Notes: generated by a model not told the origin, from the sequence alone. Positions 1 to 7,166 are shown, numbered from the stretch's first letter. The stretch is 13,057 nt of DNA from Pseudomonadota bacterium (GCA_043818055.1 JBDRGF010000038.1:1-13057), one strand, 5' to 3'. Numbers and translations are program-made.

Positions 1-164
1 TCTTGTGGATATCTGATACTCCTTTACCAAAAATTAACCGGATTTTATAAAAGACCCTCTCTATTTGTACGAAAACTTTTTCTCTCATTCTCCGCAAACC
101 CTTGTCTTCTCTCTTGTATTTTTCCGCCGAGAATTGCTGCTACCTTCTTCAAAAAAATATTCGG

Positions 165-899
165 TTACATTTTTTTCAACAATAAACTTTGCGTTTCAGA
201 TGTTGGGTAAAATGGAACAGTAGCATTGCTGTCACCGTAAATACCTTCTACTGTAAATCCAATTCTTTTTGCTATTTTAATGATGGGAGGCAAATACACA
301 TCACAAACTCTGTATACCTCCTGTTCCTTTCTATCACCTATTTCTAAATCATAGGTGAATAGTTTTGTTACTGAATTATCTGAACCATTTACTTCGATAC
401 TCACACTTAATGTACATATCAATTCACCGCCATTCACATTAAACGTTGATCTTCTATAAAAACCATCTTTAGGATTTCCAGGAACATACGATTCGATAAA
501 AAACAAACCTCCTCTAACCAAAGCCTTGTAGACACGTTCTAATAACCTTTGAATTGCGGGTTTACCTTTAAAAAAACTCATACAATGACCAACACATGTG
601 ATAACTTTAAATCGTCCATCAAAGTTCAAATCTAATGCATCTGCTTTAATTAATTCGTAATTAGAATAACCTTTATTTTCTAAAAAAATGCGAGCCTCAA
701 GAAGCATTTCGGTATCGTTGTCAATACCCACAGCTTTAACACCTCGATTAAGAGGAAAAGTCAGAACTCTTCCGGAACCACAACACAAATCCAGAAATAC
801 ATCACTAGAATTACACATGCTACTTAGACGATCTAAAATTAAATTATCACCAAGATTATTAATAAAAATCCTATTATAGTATTTTGCGAATAATCTCAT
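165..899 (-). CDS. Class I SAM-dependent methyltransferase (244 aa), possible tailoring enzyme of the peptide cluster
   Basis: Motif I FLDLCCGSGR, acidic post-beta2 GIDND, ADA motif, and 'VYKALVRGGLFFIE' as in Methyltransf_25/11-type enzymes. AAGAGG lies upstream of the ATG. Last complete gene in the co-oriented minus-strand run. Confidence 0.9.
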   Translation of the reverse strand: MRLFAKYYNRIFINNLGDNLILDRLSSMCNSSDVFLDLCCGSGRVLTFPLNRGVKAVGIDNDTEMLLEARIFLENKGYSNYELIKADALDLNFDGRFKVITCVGHCMSFFKGKPAIQRLLERVYKALVRGGLFFIESYVPGNPKDGFYRRSTFNVNGGELICTLSVSIEVNGSDNSVTKLFTYDLEIGDRKEQEVYRVCDVYLPPIIKIAKRIGFTVEGIYGDSNATVPFYPTSETQSLLLKKM

Positions 900-935
900 A
901 CTAAATGCCTCTTTTTGTTTCGTTCGAAAAAGATA

Positions 936-2408
936 TCACTCCAAAGCCAGTAACTCAAACATAGGAAAATTCATTGTTGGAGAATATTTTTGTATATTAA
1001 TGTCTTTTGTAAATAACCATGTAAGTCCAGTATGATATAATGGAATCACTACAGAGTCAGCTTCAATAATTTTATTAAAATCTTTAATATACTGATTGTC
1101 AACTGAGTATAACCCCTTTTGTTCCTGTTCGCTAACAAGTTTGCACATTCTATCTGTCGGATCAGGAAAACTTACACCCAACTTAGAACAGAACATCATC
1201 TTAATTACCCAATTTTCAATATTTCCACCAATATCAACTTTGCAAACACGCAGATCATACTCTTTATTGGAGTGTAATAAATCTAACCATTTGGGCTTTG
1301 ATTGATCTACAGTTATAAATTCATATGGTATATTTTCGTCATCCAATACTTTTCCGATAAGTTGCTCAATATAATTACGCTCTGACTCAAGAATTGTTGA
1401 AATAAAGATAATTTTTAATTTAGCATTACTTCGTGGAATAATTCTTTCATCTTTGAATAAATCGGTTTGTTCAATTTGTGAATGTAGGGGATAAAAAGAT
1501 TTTGAAAGCATTGAATTTTTAGAATTAAATGCAATCTTATTTTGCCCCTTTCTAATTTTGTTTTTGAAAAGCATTCGATTTTTAGGATTATCAAATACAT
1601 TCTTGATGTAAGGGCTTAGAACCAATGACAATAGGTGGGTAGGAGTGTTATGAACCCTGATAAAATTGTAGGGAATATTATCAATAAGATCATTATATTC
1701 AGCGATGATTACATGTTTTGAATTAGAATATTTATCTAAAGCACTCTTATAATCGACTGATTCAAATACAATTATAGAGGGCGTATCTTCTTTGACGGAG
1801 AACCAATCTTTTCTCTTTGTAAGAACAACTCTATTTTTATCTACGAAGGTCAATTTGCATGCACCTGATGAAATAATTTCAGCATTATGTTTCCAATCAC
1901 TGTTAGCAAAGTTGTTAGGGCTATAGAAACCATAAAAAGGCATTGAAAGATATTCTAACAACCCTTCAGGGCGCTTATCAAAAATAAAACGGAGATGGAG
2001 TTTGTCAACAACTTCTAAACCAAGTGAAAAATCATCACCATTAACAAAATCACTCCACCCTCTAAGCTTTTCAAAAACTGGTATTCGTGACTTCTTCAAA
2101 TAGAGCTTGAACAACTGTTTCAAGCTTCTAATATATTGATCAGCTGTGATTTCAATTCCATCAGCACAACGTAAGTCTCTTGTTAAAAAGAAATCCCATT
2201 TCATTTGATCGCTAGACACTTCCCATTTTTGTGCCAAATAAGGCTCATATCTTCCCGAAGATTGGAATCTAATAAGTGTACCAACAAGACTCTCCATATA
2301 AAGCATATTTGAAATAATATCAGAGTCTTTTGGATTGAATGAAGGCGGGGAATTTCGATTTGTTTCAACAAATGTCAGCACATTATCATTGGTATTGCTA
2401 TTGAGCAT
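936..2408 (-). CDS. ABC transporter substrate-binding-like protein, family 5 (OppA/DppA-like), 490 aa
   Basis: N-terminal 'LVGTLIR...YEPYLAQKWEVSSDQMKWDFFL...ADGIEITADQ...SL' and C-terminal 'IIEADSVVIPLYH' match SBP_bac_5 signatures. No signal peptide or lipobox is visible, and no cognate permease or ATPase is in the window. Confidence 0.8.
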   Translation of the reverse strand: MLNSNTNDNVLTFVETNRNSPPSFNPKDSDIISNMLYMESLVGTLIRFQSSGRYEPYLAQKWEVSSDQMKWDFFLTRDLRCADGIEITADQYIRSLKQLFKLYLKKSRIPVFEKLRGWSDFVNGDDFSLGLEVVDKLHLRFIFDKRPEGLLEYLSMPFYGFYSPNNFANSDWKHNAEIISSGACKLTFVDKNRVVLTKRKDWFSVKEDTPSIIVFESVDYKSALDKYSNSKHVIIAEYNDLIDNIPYNFIRVHNTPTHLLSLVLSPYIKNVFDNPKNRMLFKNKIRKGQNKIAFNSKNSMLSKSFYPLHSQIEQTDLFKDERIIPRSNAKLKIIFISTILESERNYIEQLIGKVLDDENIPYEFITVDQSKPKWLDLLHSNKEYDLRVCKVDIGGNIENWVIKMMFCSKLGVSFPDPTDRMCKLVSEQEQKGLYSVDNQYIKDFNKIIEADSVVIPLYHTGLTWLFTKDINIQKYSPTMNFPMFELLALE

Positions 2409-2432
2409 ATTAATCTTCGATAAAATAATATT

Positions 2433-3227
2433 CTATTCGATCGTTATTGATCCTCTGTCTGTTTGAGCATTGATTGTTTTTGTTGGTTTGGATCTTTTCA
2501 ACGTAGCAGTCATGCTGGCCTTTTTATCTTTAATTTTAAATGAATGCTTAAGATTCTCAGCAATTGTAATCTTTCCATTATTGGCTGCTAATCTGAAATC
2601 TGTATTATCAAAGATACTATGATCGACGAATTTCAAAAAGACATTTCCGCTGTGATTTGAAAATATGGCTTTAGATCCATCAGCCAAATCAAAGGATTTA
2701 AACTCCACATTTCCACTTACAATTTCGAAAGTGCTTTTTTGCTTTCCATTCAGCTTGAGATTATCACCGATTATTGATCCGTTTTTCACATGAAAAGTAA
2801 ACGTACCCTGAACACCCGAAATTTGAATTTCCCCGTCATCAATCGTGGCTTTGATCCTCTTCCCATCAGGCACTGCAACCGTAAGGTTGCAAAACCAATC
2901 CCCTTCCACTGTATTACCTGCACTTGGCTGAATTACTTCATACCAGCTATTACTGCTTTTATCCTTTTGGCTATATCCCTCTCTTGTAGCTAGAAGTTTA
3001 GCCGTTTTTTCATTATTGGCCATCAGTTTAGCATTAACATGAAGTTCATCATCTTTTGACTTTATGATTTGAATCAATCCTTTCGTATTCCCTATTTCGA
3101 CCAGATCATCACCCTGCATTTTAAATGTTCGTTCTCGTGTCTCCTTAAATCCATAATCCGATGCAAATGAACAGGTAGATATTGCAGTTACAAATAGCAA
3201 GGGTACTAATACAGAAAACTTTTTCAT
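2433..3227 (-). CDS. Secreted DUF4097-like beta-strand repeat (putative adhesin-type) protein, 264 aa
   Basis: Start moved to ATG 3227, which follows GGGAGG at 3232-3237. Sec signal peptide MKKFSVLVPLLFVTAISTCSFA. Contains 'LTVAVP' and repeated xxGxI/V units (DDGEI, KNGSI, VSGNV, HSGNV, NNGKI, DRGSITI). Confidence 0.75.
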   Translation of the reverse strand: MKKFSVLVPLLFVTAISTCSFASDYGFKETRERTFKMQGDDLVEIGNTKGLIQIIKSKDDELHVNAKLMANNEKTAKLLATREGYSQKDKSSNSWYEVIQPSAGNTVEGDWFCNLTVAVPDGKRIKATIDDGEIQISGVQGTFTFHVKNGSIIGDNLKLNGKQKSTFEIVSGNVEFKSFDLADGSKAIFSNHSGNVFLKFVDHSIFDNTDFRLAANNGKITIAENLKHSFKIKDKKASMTATLKRSKPTKTINAQTDRGSITIE

Positions 3228-3264
3228 AAATCCTCCCATATTTTCGCAGCTCTGGCTTTGGTGC

Positions 3265-3564
3265 CTATATTTGAGCTATCTTCTGCCCTTTTTGTACACA
3301 ATTACACTTGGAATCGCAATGACAATAACTTCCGCAGTTATCCTCTCTCGGACAGCCTCTGCCACGGCAAAGAACAATTCCTTGTGCACCATCCCCAAAA
3401 GCCCTTGGAATCAGTAAAACCGACCCCTTGCTGTCCAGATGTTCCGGTAGTTTTGCATATTTTACCCATTTATGTTCTTTAATCCCCTCTTTTTTCTCAG
3501 CTTCTTTCCTTTTATCGCTCTTGAGACCTTCAGATTTCATAATATCATTTTTTACGGTTATCAT
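3265..3564 (-). CDS. Cys-rich precursor peptide P7 (99 aa, 7 Cys)
   Basis: Start moved to ATG 3564, preceded by GGGAGG directly after the P6 stop. Leader HKWVKYAKLPEHL...IPRAF; core CRGRGCPREDNCGSYCHCDSKCNC. Confidence 0.8.
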   Translation of the reverse strand: MITVKNDIMKSEGLKSDKRKEAEKKEGIKEHKWVKYAKLPEHLDSKGSVLLIPRAFGDGAQGIVLCRGRGCPREDNCGSYCHCDSKCNCVQKGQKIAQI

Positions 3565-3574
3565 AAGTCCTCCC

Positions 3575-3835
3575 TTACTTAATGTTGTTACATCCATTAC
3601 ACCCGCACTTCTGATTATCACAGCCACATCTGCTGGGACATGTCACCACACAATCATCGTGCATAACATCTACCACACCAAGTTTAGGTAAGCTTGCACT
3701 TTGATCAGATTTATTTAACATTTTTTTGTGGATGAACTCATATGAATATGTCTTATTGCTCCTGCTCTTTTTTTGGTCATTTGTTCTTTTATCATCTACA
3801 TGAACTACAGGAAGTTGAGATCTTCTAACTTTCAT
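3575..3835 (-). CDS. Cys-rich precursor peptide P6 (86 aa, 7 Cys)
   Basis: RBS AAAGGAG. Leader YEFIHKK...LPKLG; core CVVTCPSRCGCDNQKCGCNGC. Confidence 0.85.
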   Translation of the reverse strand: MKVRRSQLPVVHVDDKRTNDQKKSRSNKTYSYEFIHKKMLNKSDQSASLPKLGVVDVMHDDCVVTCPSRCGCDNQKCGCNGCNNIK

Positions 3836-3849
3836 ATTTTCACTCCTTT

Positions 3850-4065
3850 CTAATTGTTCCCTTTACAATGCTGTCCGCGACAACCGCAATTTCCACCTTC
3901 GCAATGACATGTTTCCGGTTGCACGTATTCATTTGTGTTTATTTTTTTTAAATTATCGTTTTCTTTAATCACCCACTCATGTTTTAATTTATTACTATCG
4001 TTCAATTTCCTTTTGTTATTGAGTGAACCATAATCTTTTATTTTCTGTATTAACCCAATTTTCAT
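3850..4065 (-). CDS. Cys-rich precursor peptide P5 (71 aa, 5 Cys)
   Basis: RBS AGGAGG overlaps the P4 stop (TAGGAGG). Leader HEWVIK with no PKL motif; core CHCEGGNCGCRGQHC. Confidence 0.8.
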   Translation of the reverse strand: MKIGLIQKIKDYGSLNNKRKLNDSNKLKHEWVIKENDNLKKINTNEYVQPETCHCEGGNCGCRGQHCKGNN

Positions 4066-4074
4066 TATTTCCTC

Positions 4075-4329
4075 CTACTCGAAGAGCTTGTTTTTCTGAC
4101 CGTTGCATCCGCATTTGGAGCCCTGGCAGCTACAATCACCGCCGCAATTGATGAGACACGAACTCCTATTATTGCCACTCTCGATGAGTTTTAACTTTGG
4201 CACAATAATATCAAACGAGCTTCTGATCATCTCAAATCCCTGACCTTTTTTATTTCTTATAGAAAGGACTTTGATATTTCGTTCGAAGTCCATCTTAAAT
4301 TCTGCTGCTTTATTATCATGTACTTTCAT
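4075..4329 (-). CDS. Cys-rich precursor peptide P4 (84 aa, 6 Cys)
   Basis: Start moved to ATG 4329, preceded by GAGGTG. Leader FEMIR...IVPKLK; core CLINCGGDCSCQGSKCGC. Confidence 0.85.
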   Translation of the reverse strand: MKVHDNKAAEFKMDFERNIKVLSIRNKKGQGFEMIRSSFDIIVPKLKLIESGNNRSSCLINCGGDCSCQGSKCGCNGQKNKLFE

Positions 4330-4341
4330 ATTCACCTCACC

Positions 4342-4404
4342 AGTGCTTCGTCAATTTAATTTCCACCAGTGGTAATGTAATAATATTAAATTGTTACGAG
4401 CACT
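4342..4404 (-). other. Intergenic imperfect inverted repeat / RNA stem-loop inside the peptide array
   Basis: On the transcript, AGUGCU-CGU-AA-CAAUUUAAU (4404-4385) pairs with AUUAAAUUG-ACG-A-AGCACU (4360-4342): 18 bp with two bulges. No U-tract follows. Confidence 0.65.
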
Positions 4405-4443
4405 TGCGCCGATCATTTAAACAAAGATATAATTCTCACGGTA

Positions 4444-4752
4444 CTATGCAACCATCTTACTGCCGTTACATTTACAATCTGTACCTTTACAACCGCAGTT
4501 TCCTGAACAATCTGCGCCACACAATGAATCACATTTGGCCTGGCATTCACCCCTTTTATATGCTTCTGATGCACTTTTCCCGAAAAGCTTTGGAATATTG
4601 ACTTCAATCGTCGAACTCATTAGATGCTCAGGAAGCCTCGCCTTTATTACCCACTCGGTGTTGTGCGTTTTACTTTTCATTTTCGTCTTGGCTGACTTTT
4701 TGCTCTCATTACTTCCTAACTGGTTTACCGAATTGCTTTTATTAACTTTCAT
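4444..4752 (-). CDS. Cys-rich precursor peptide P3 (102 aa, 8 Cys)
   Basis: Start moved to ATG 4752, preceded by AAGGAGG; this removes the overlap with P2. Leader TEWVIKARLPEHL...IPKLF; core CQAKCDSLCGADCSGNCGCKGTDCKC. Confidence 0.85.
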   Translation of the reverse strand: MKVNKSNSVNQLGSNESKKSAKTKMKSKTHNTEWVIKARLPEHLMSSTIEVNIPKLFGKSASEAYKRGECQAKCDSLCGADCSGNCGCKGTDCKCNGSKMVA

Positions 4753-4771
4753 TGATTTACCCTCCTTTAAT

Positions 4772-5062
4772 TTATTTAATTTTATTTTTGCTTGCACAGT
4801 TACTTCCACACTTTGTTCCGTCGCAGCCACACCTGGTACCGCATTCAGCTCCGCATAATGTTCCGCAAATACATTTGTTATCAAACAACTTTGGAACAAA
4901 GTTGTCGCGTTTCATATTTGTTATTTCGTCGGACAACCTATGTTTGTAAATCCATTCATAACGATTAACATCTTTTTTTTGTGCGGTTTTGTCCTTTGTG
5001 GCCTCTGTTACAATCTTTTTTCTTTCCAGGTGAACGTTCGGTTTGTTCTTGTTAATTCTCAT
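4772..5062 (-). CDS. Cys-rich precursor peptide P2 (96 aa, 8 Cys)
   Basis: RBS AAGGAGG. Leader YEWIYKHRL...FVPKLF; core CICGTLCGAECGTRCGCDGTKCGSNC. Confidence 0.85.
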   Translation of the reverse strand: MRINKNKPNVHLERKKIVTEATKDKTAQKKDVNRYEWIYKHRLSDEITNMKRDNFVPKLFDNKCICGTLCGAECGTRCGCDGTKCGSNCASKNKIK

Positions 5063-5077
5063 ATCCCCTCCTTTTGT

Positions 5078-6484
5078 TTATTGTTTTATAGATGATGTTG
5101 TTGATTTATTCTGTTTCTTCCAAATCCCGGACTTGTAATAGTTTTTTAACTTAGCGATGAGGTTAAATTTCATCGTCTGGCACGATGCTTCGCTCTTATC
5201 CACCAGAAGCCTTGCAGGACACCAACCGAGGCAGGCAGGAAATATTTTACAGGTCTTACATTTCCTGATCAAAAATGGGTCGTAATTGTACCATTTAAGA
5301 GTTTTTTCATCTAAGTCCACACCTTCTGACAGCGTGCCGATCTGTTCCGTTTCTGTTCCAACATACTCCCAGCACTTTTGTAATCCACCCTTTGGTTCAA
5401 CGACAAAGCTGTTCAACATATCCGCAGTGCATGCACTAAACCTCCTCTGGGGTGGTTCTTCGATTTTAAAGCCCTTCTTTTCAGCATACTTGGTCAGTTC
5501 TGATTCGAGTGGCGCAAAATCTTTAAAAGAATAGAGCTTATTACATCCTGAACCATAATTTTTACAGACAGCACTTGAAACATTAAAGCTGTCATGAACA
5601 GGGGCAAAATATACATATACTTTTTTTTGCAACCCCTTTTCTACGAGAATATCGACAAGCTTTTTTGCATCGTTCACATTGCTTTTATCAATATTACATC
5701 TGAGGTTGATATTGATCAGATCACAGGTATCGCAGACATTTTTAAGTATTTTATTGAACGACCCTCCCTTTGGCGATGGTCTTCTCTTATCATGCACATC
5801 TGGAGGGCCATCCAGGGTAATCTGGGCGAATGTCACTCCTAGTTTTTTGAGTTTTTTTGCCCTCTCCCTTGTAAAAAGCACTCCGTTAGTAATAATTGAA
5901 CCGCTGTATCTGGCTTTATACTTCTTACAGGAACTAATAAACTTCCTTGAGAGTTCGCATATTTGTTTATATCTAAGAAGTGGTTCTCCTCCATACCAAC
6001 ACACACTCAAATCCTTTATACCTCTTTCCAGTTGTGTCTTAACAAAATCCAGAAGATGTTTTGCTACCTTTGGTGACATGCAGTCCTTGCTCAGACATTC
6101 ATAACAGTATTTACATCTCAGATTGCAGTTAGTCGTCGGAAGGACTGTTAATGATAATGAATTCAAATTAAATCTGGCGGCTTTATTTCTAAATCTTAAA
6201 TAGGCATCTTCATTAAACTCTTGCGGTACAACAAAACCGCCAGAGATCATTACTTTCTTTAAATCATCAGGGATTGTCTTCCATCTTTTATCTATACCAT
6301 TGCTATTATATTTTTTGATCTTATTTCTGCTTTCAGCCAGCCAACCTAATGTATCTTTTGCATCTCTTGAAAATTTTACAAAATTACCGCGCAGGGTATT
6401 GAATAAAAAATAAATATCCTTTTCAACAAAACCCATGTTAAATTCCGACGCAAAGTATTTGTTATCAGTTTTATTCTTTCCCAT
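5078..6484 (-). CDS. Radical SAM/SPASM domain peptide maturase (468 aa) with an N-terminal RRE-like region
   Basis: Start moved to ATG 6484, preceded by AAGGAG; this removes the overlap with P1. Motifs: CxxxCxxC (CNLRCKYC), YGGEPLL, ITNG, QITLDG. Complete 7-Cys SPASM motif C-x13-G-x4-C...C-x2-C-x5-C-x3-C-x12-C. About 110 aa N-terminal extension. Confidence 0.95.
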   Translation of the reverse strand: MGKNKTDNKYFASEFNMGFVEKDIYFLFNTLRGNFVKFSRDAKDTLGWLAESRNKIKKYNSNGIDKRWKTIPDDLKKVMISGGFVVPQEFNEDAYLRFRNKAARFNLNSLSLTVLPTTNCNLRCKYCYECLSKDCMSPKVAKHLLDFVKTQLERGIKDLSVCWYGGEPLLRYKQICELSRKFISSCKKYKARYSGSIITNGVLFTRERAKKLKKLGVTFAQITLDGPPDVHDKRRPSPKGGSFNKILKNVCDTCDLININLRCNIDKSNVNDAKKLVDILVEKGLQKKVYVYFAPVHDSFNVSSAVCKNYGSGCNKLYSFKDFAPLESELTKYAEKKGFKIEEPPQRRFSACTADMLNSFVVEPKGGLQKCWEYVGTETEQIGTLSEGVDLDEKTLKWYNYDPFLIRKCKTCKIFPACLGWCPARLLVDKSEASCQTMKFNLIAKLKNYYKSGIWKKQNKSTTSSIKQ

Positions 6485-6509
6485 CTTTTCTCTCCTTATT
6501 ATTAAATAA

Positions 6510-6830
6510 TTATTCTGCCTTCTTACCATAATTATAGCAGTCCGGCTTTTGCATTCCTTTATCACAGTCGCACTTGACGCCGACGCAATTGCATTTACTT
6601 CCGCAATTGAGCAGGCAGAGATTGTCACACGGGCCAGACGGTCTCTTGTTTGTATCTGTAAAGAGTTTTGGGAAATTCTTAACACTCTTATATGTTGAGG
6701 GCGTATCGCTTAAATCATTTTCAAAAATCCACTCTGCACTGCTTTTTGTTTTTTCTTTACTTCTTTGGCTTGTTTTCGTTTTTACAAGCTGATTTTTAAC
6801 AACATCACTTTGACCTGTCTTGTTAATCAT
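6510..6830 (-). CDS. Cys-rich precursor peptide P1 (106 aa, 8 Cys), first gene of the operon
   Basis: RBS GGGAGG. Leader AEWIFENDL...NFPKLF; core CDNLCLLNCGSKCNCVGVKCDC...C. Confidence 0.85.
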   Translation of the reverse strand: MINKTGQSDVVKNQLVKTKTSQRSKEKTKSSAEWIFENDLSDTPSTYKSVKNFPKLFTDTNKRPSGPCDNLCLLNCGSKCNCVGVKCDCDKGMQKPDCYNYGKKAE

Positions 6831-6885
6831 TTTTTCCTCCCTTTTGTTTTCAGGTTATTCTAAAAAACATTTGATCGTATCCATA

Positions 6886-6902
6886 AGCAATAAACGTGCC
6901 AA
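6886..6902 (-). promoter_or_regulatory. Sigma54 (-24/-12) promoter of the peptide/radical SAM operon
   Basis: Minus strand reads TTGGCACGTTTATTGCT, matching the consensus YTGGCACG-N4-TTGCW with exact GG-N10-GC spacing. It lies about 55 nt upstream of the P1 start. Confidence 0.88.
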
Positions 6903-7099
6903 AGTTGGATTTTTGATTTAAGGGCGGTTAGAGTGTAATATTCTTTTTAGTGATCATCGATGCGAGGAAGCTAAACACAATATTTGTTCGGTTTTTGAGA
7001 AATTATCATATGAAGTTGTGATTTCTGATTGAAGACAAGCTAGATCTAATAGCTGGTATATAAGCATCTGCGCCAATATCTAATCATCAACACCTTATA

Positions 7100-7166
7100 T
7101 TCCCAAAAATCGGAATGGAGTTCCATTTTTAGGAATTGTCGCAAGATCTGCGATTCACTGCGATTC
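7100..7166. promoter_or_regulatory. Candidate enhancer-binding-protein sites (UAS): tandem dyads
   Basis: TCCCAAAAATCGGAA (7101-7115) and TTCCATTTTTAGGAA (7121-7135) start 20 bp apart. TCGCA-N5-TGCGA lies at 7139-7153, and CTGCGATTC occurs twice (7148-7156, 7158-7166). All sit between the two divergent sigma54 promoters. Confidence 0.45.

Noticed and set aside
1..88. Possible minus-strand ORF starting at ATG 88 and running off the left edge (MREKVFVQIERVFYKIRLIFGKGVSDIHK)
   Set aside because: Only 29 codons are visible, RBS spacing is poor and there is no motif; it cannot be supported without flanking sequence.
4753..4899. Upstream extensions of P3 (to 4899) and likewise P7 (to 3627)
   Set aside because: They overlap the neighbouring peptide genes. 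Internal ATGs have strong RBSs and put the EW motif at the conserved position.
3265..5062. CRISPR array or DNA-level tandem repeat as the explanation for the periodic structure
   Set aside because: No identical direct repeats with spacers; the similarity is at the protein-motif level only.
5177..5194. Sigma54-like CTGGCACGATGCTTCGCT on the plus strand inside the radical SAM gene
   Set aside because: GG-to-GC spacing is 11 rather than the required 10, and it is antisense within a CDS.
5078..6484. Calling the enzyme an anaerobic sulfatase maturase, PqqE or SCIFF maturase with a gene symbol
   Set aside because: No sulfatase, pqq genes or SCIFF-type peptide is present; the shared motifs are generic to SPASM enzymes.
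6485..6685. 67 aa N-terminal extension of the radical SAM ORF in the ORF track
   Set aside because: It overlaps peptide P1 in another frame; ATG 6484 has a clear AAGGAG RBS.
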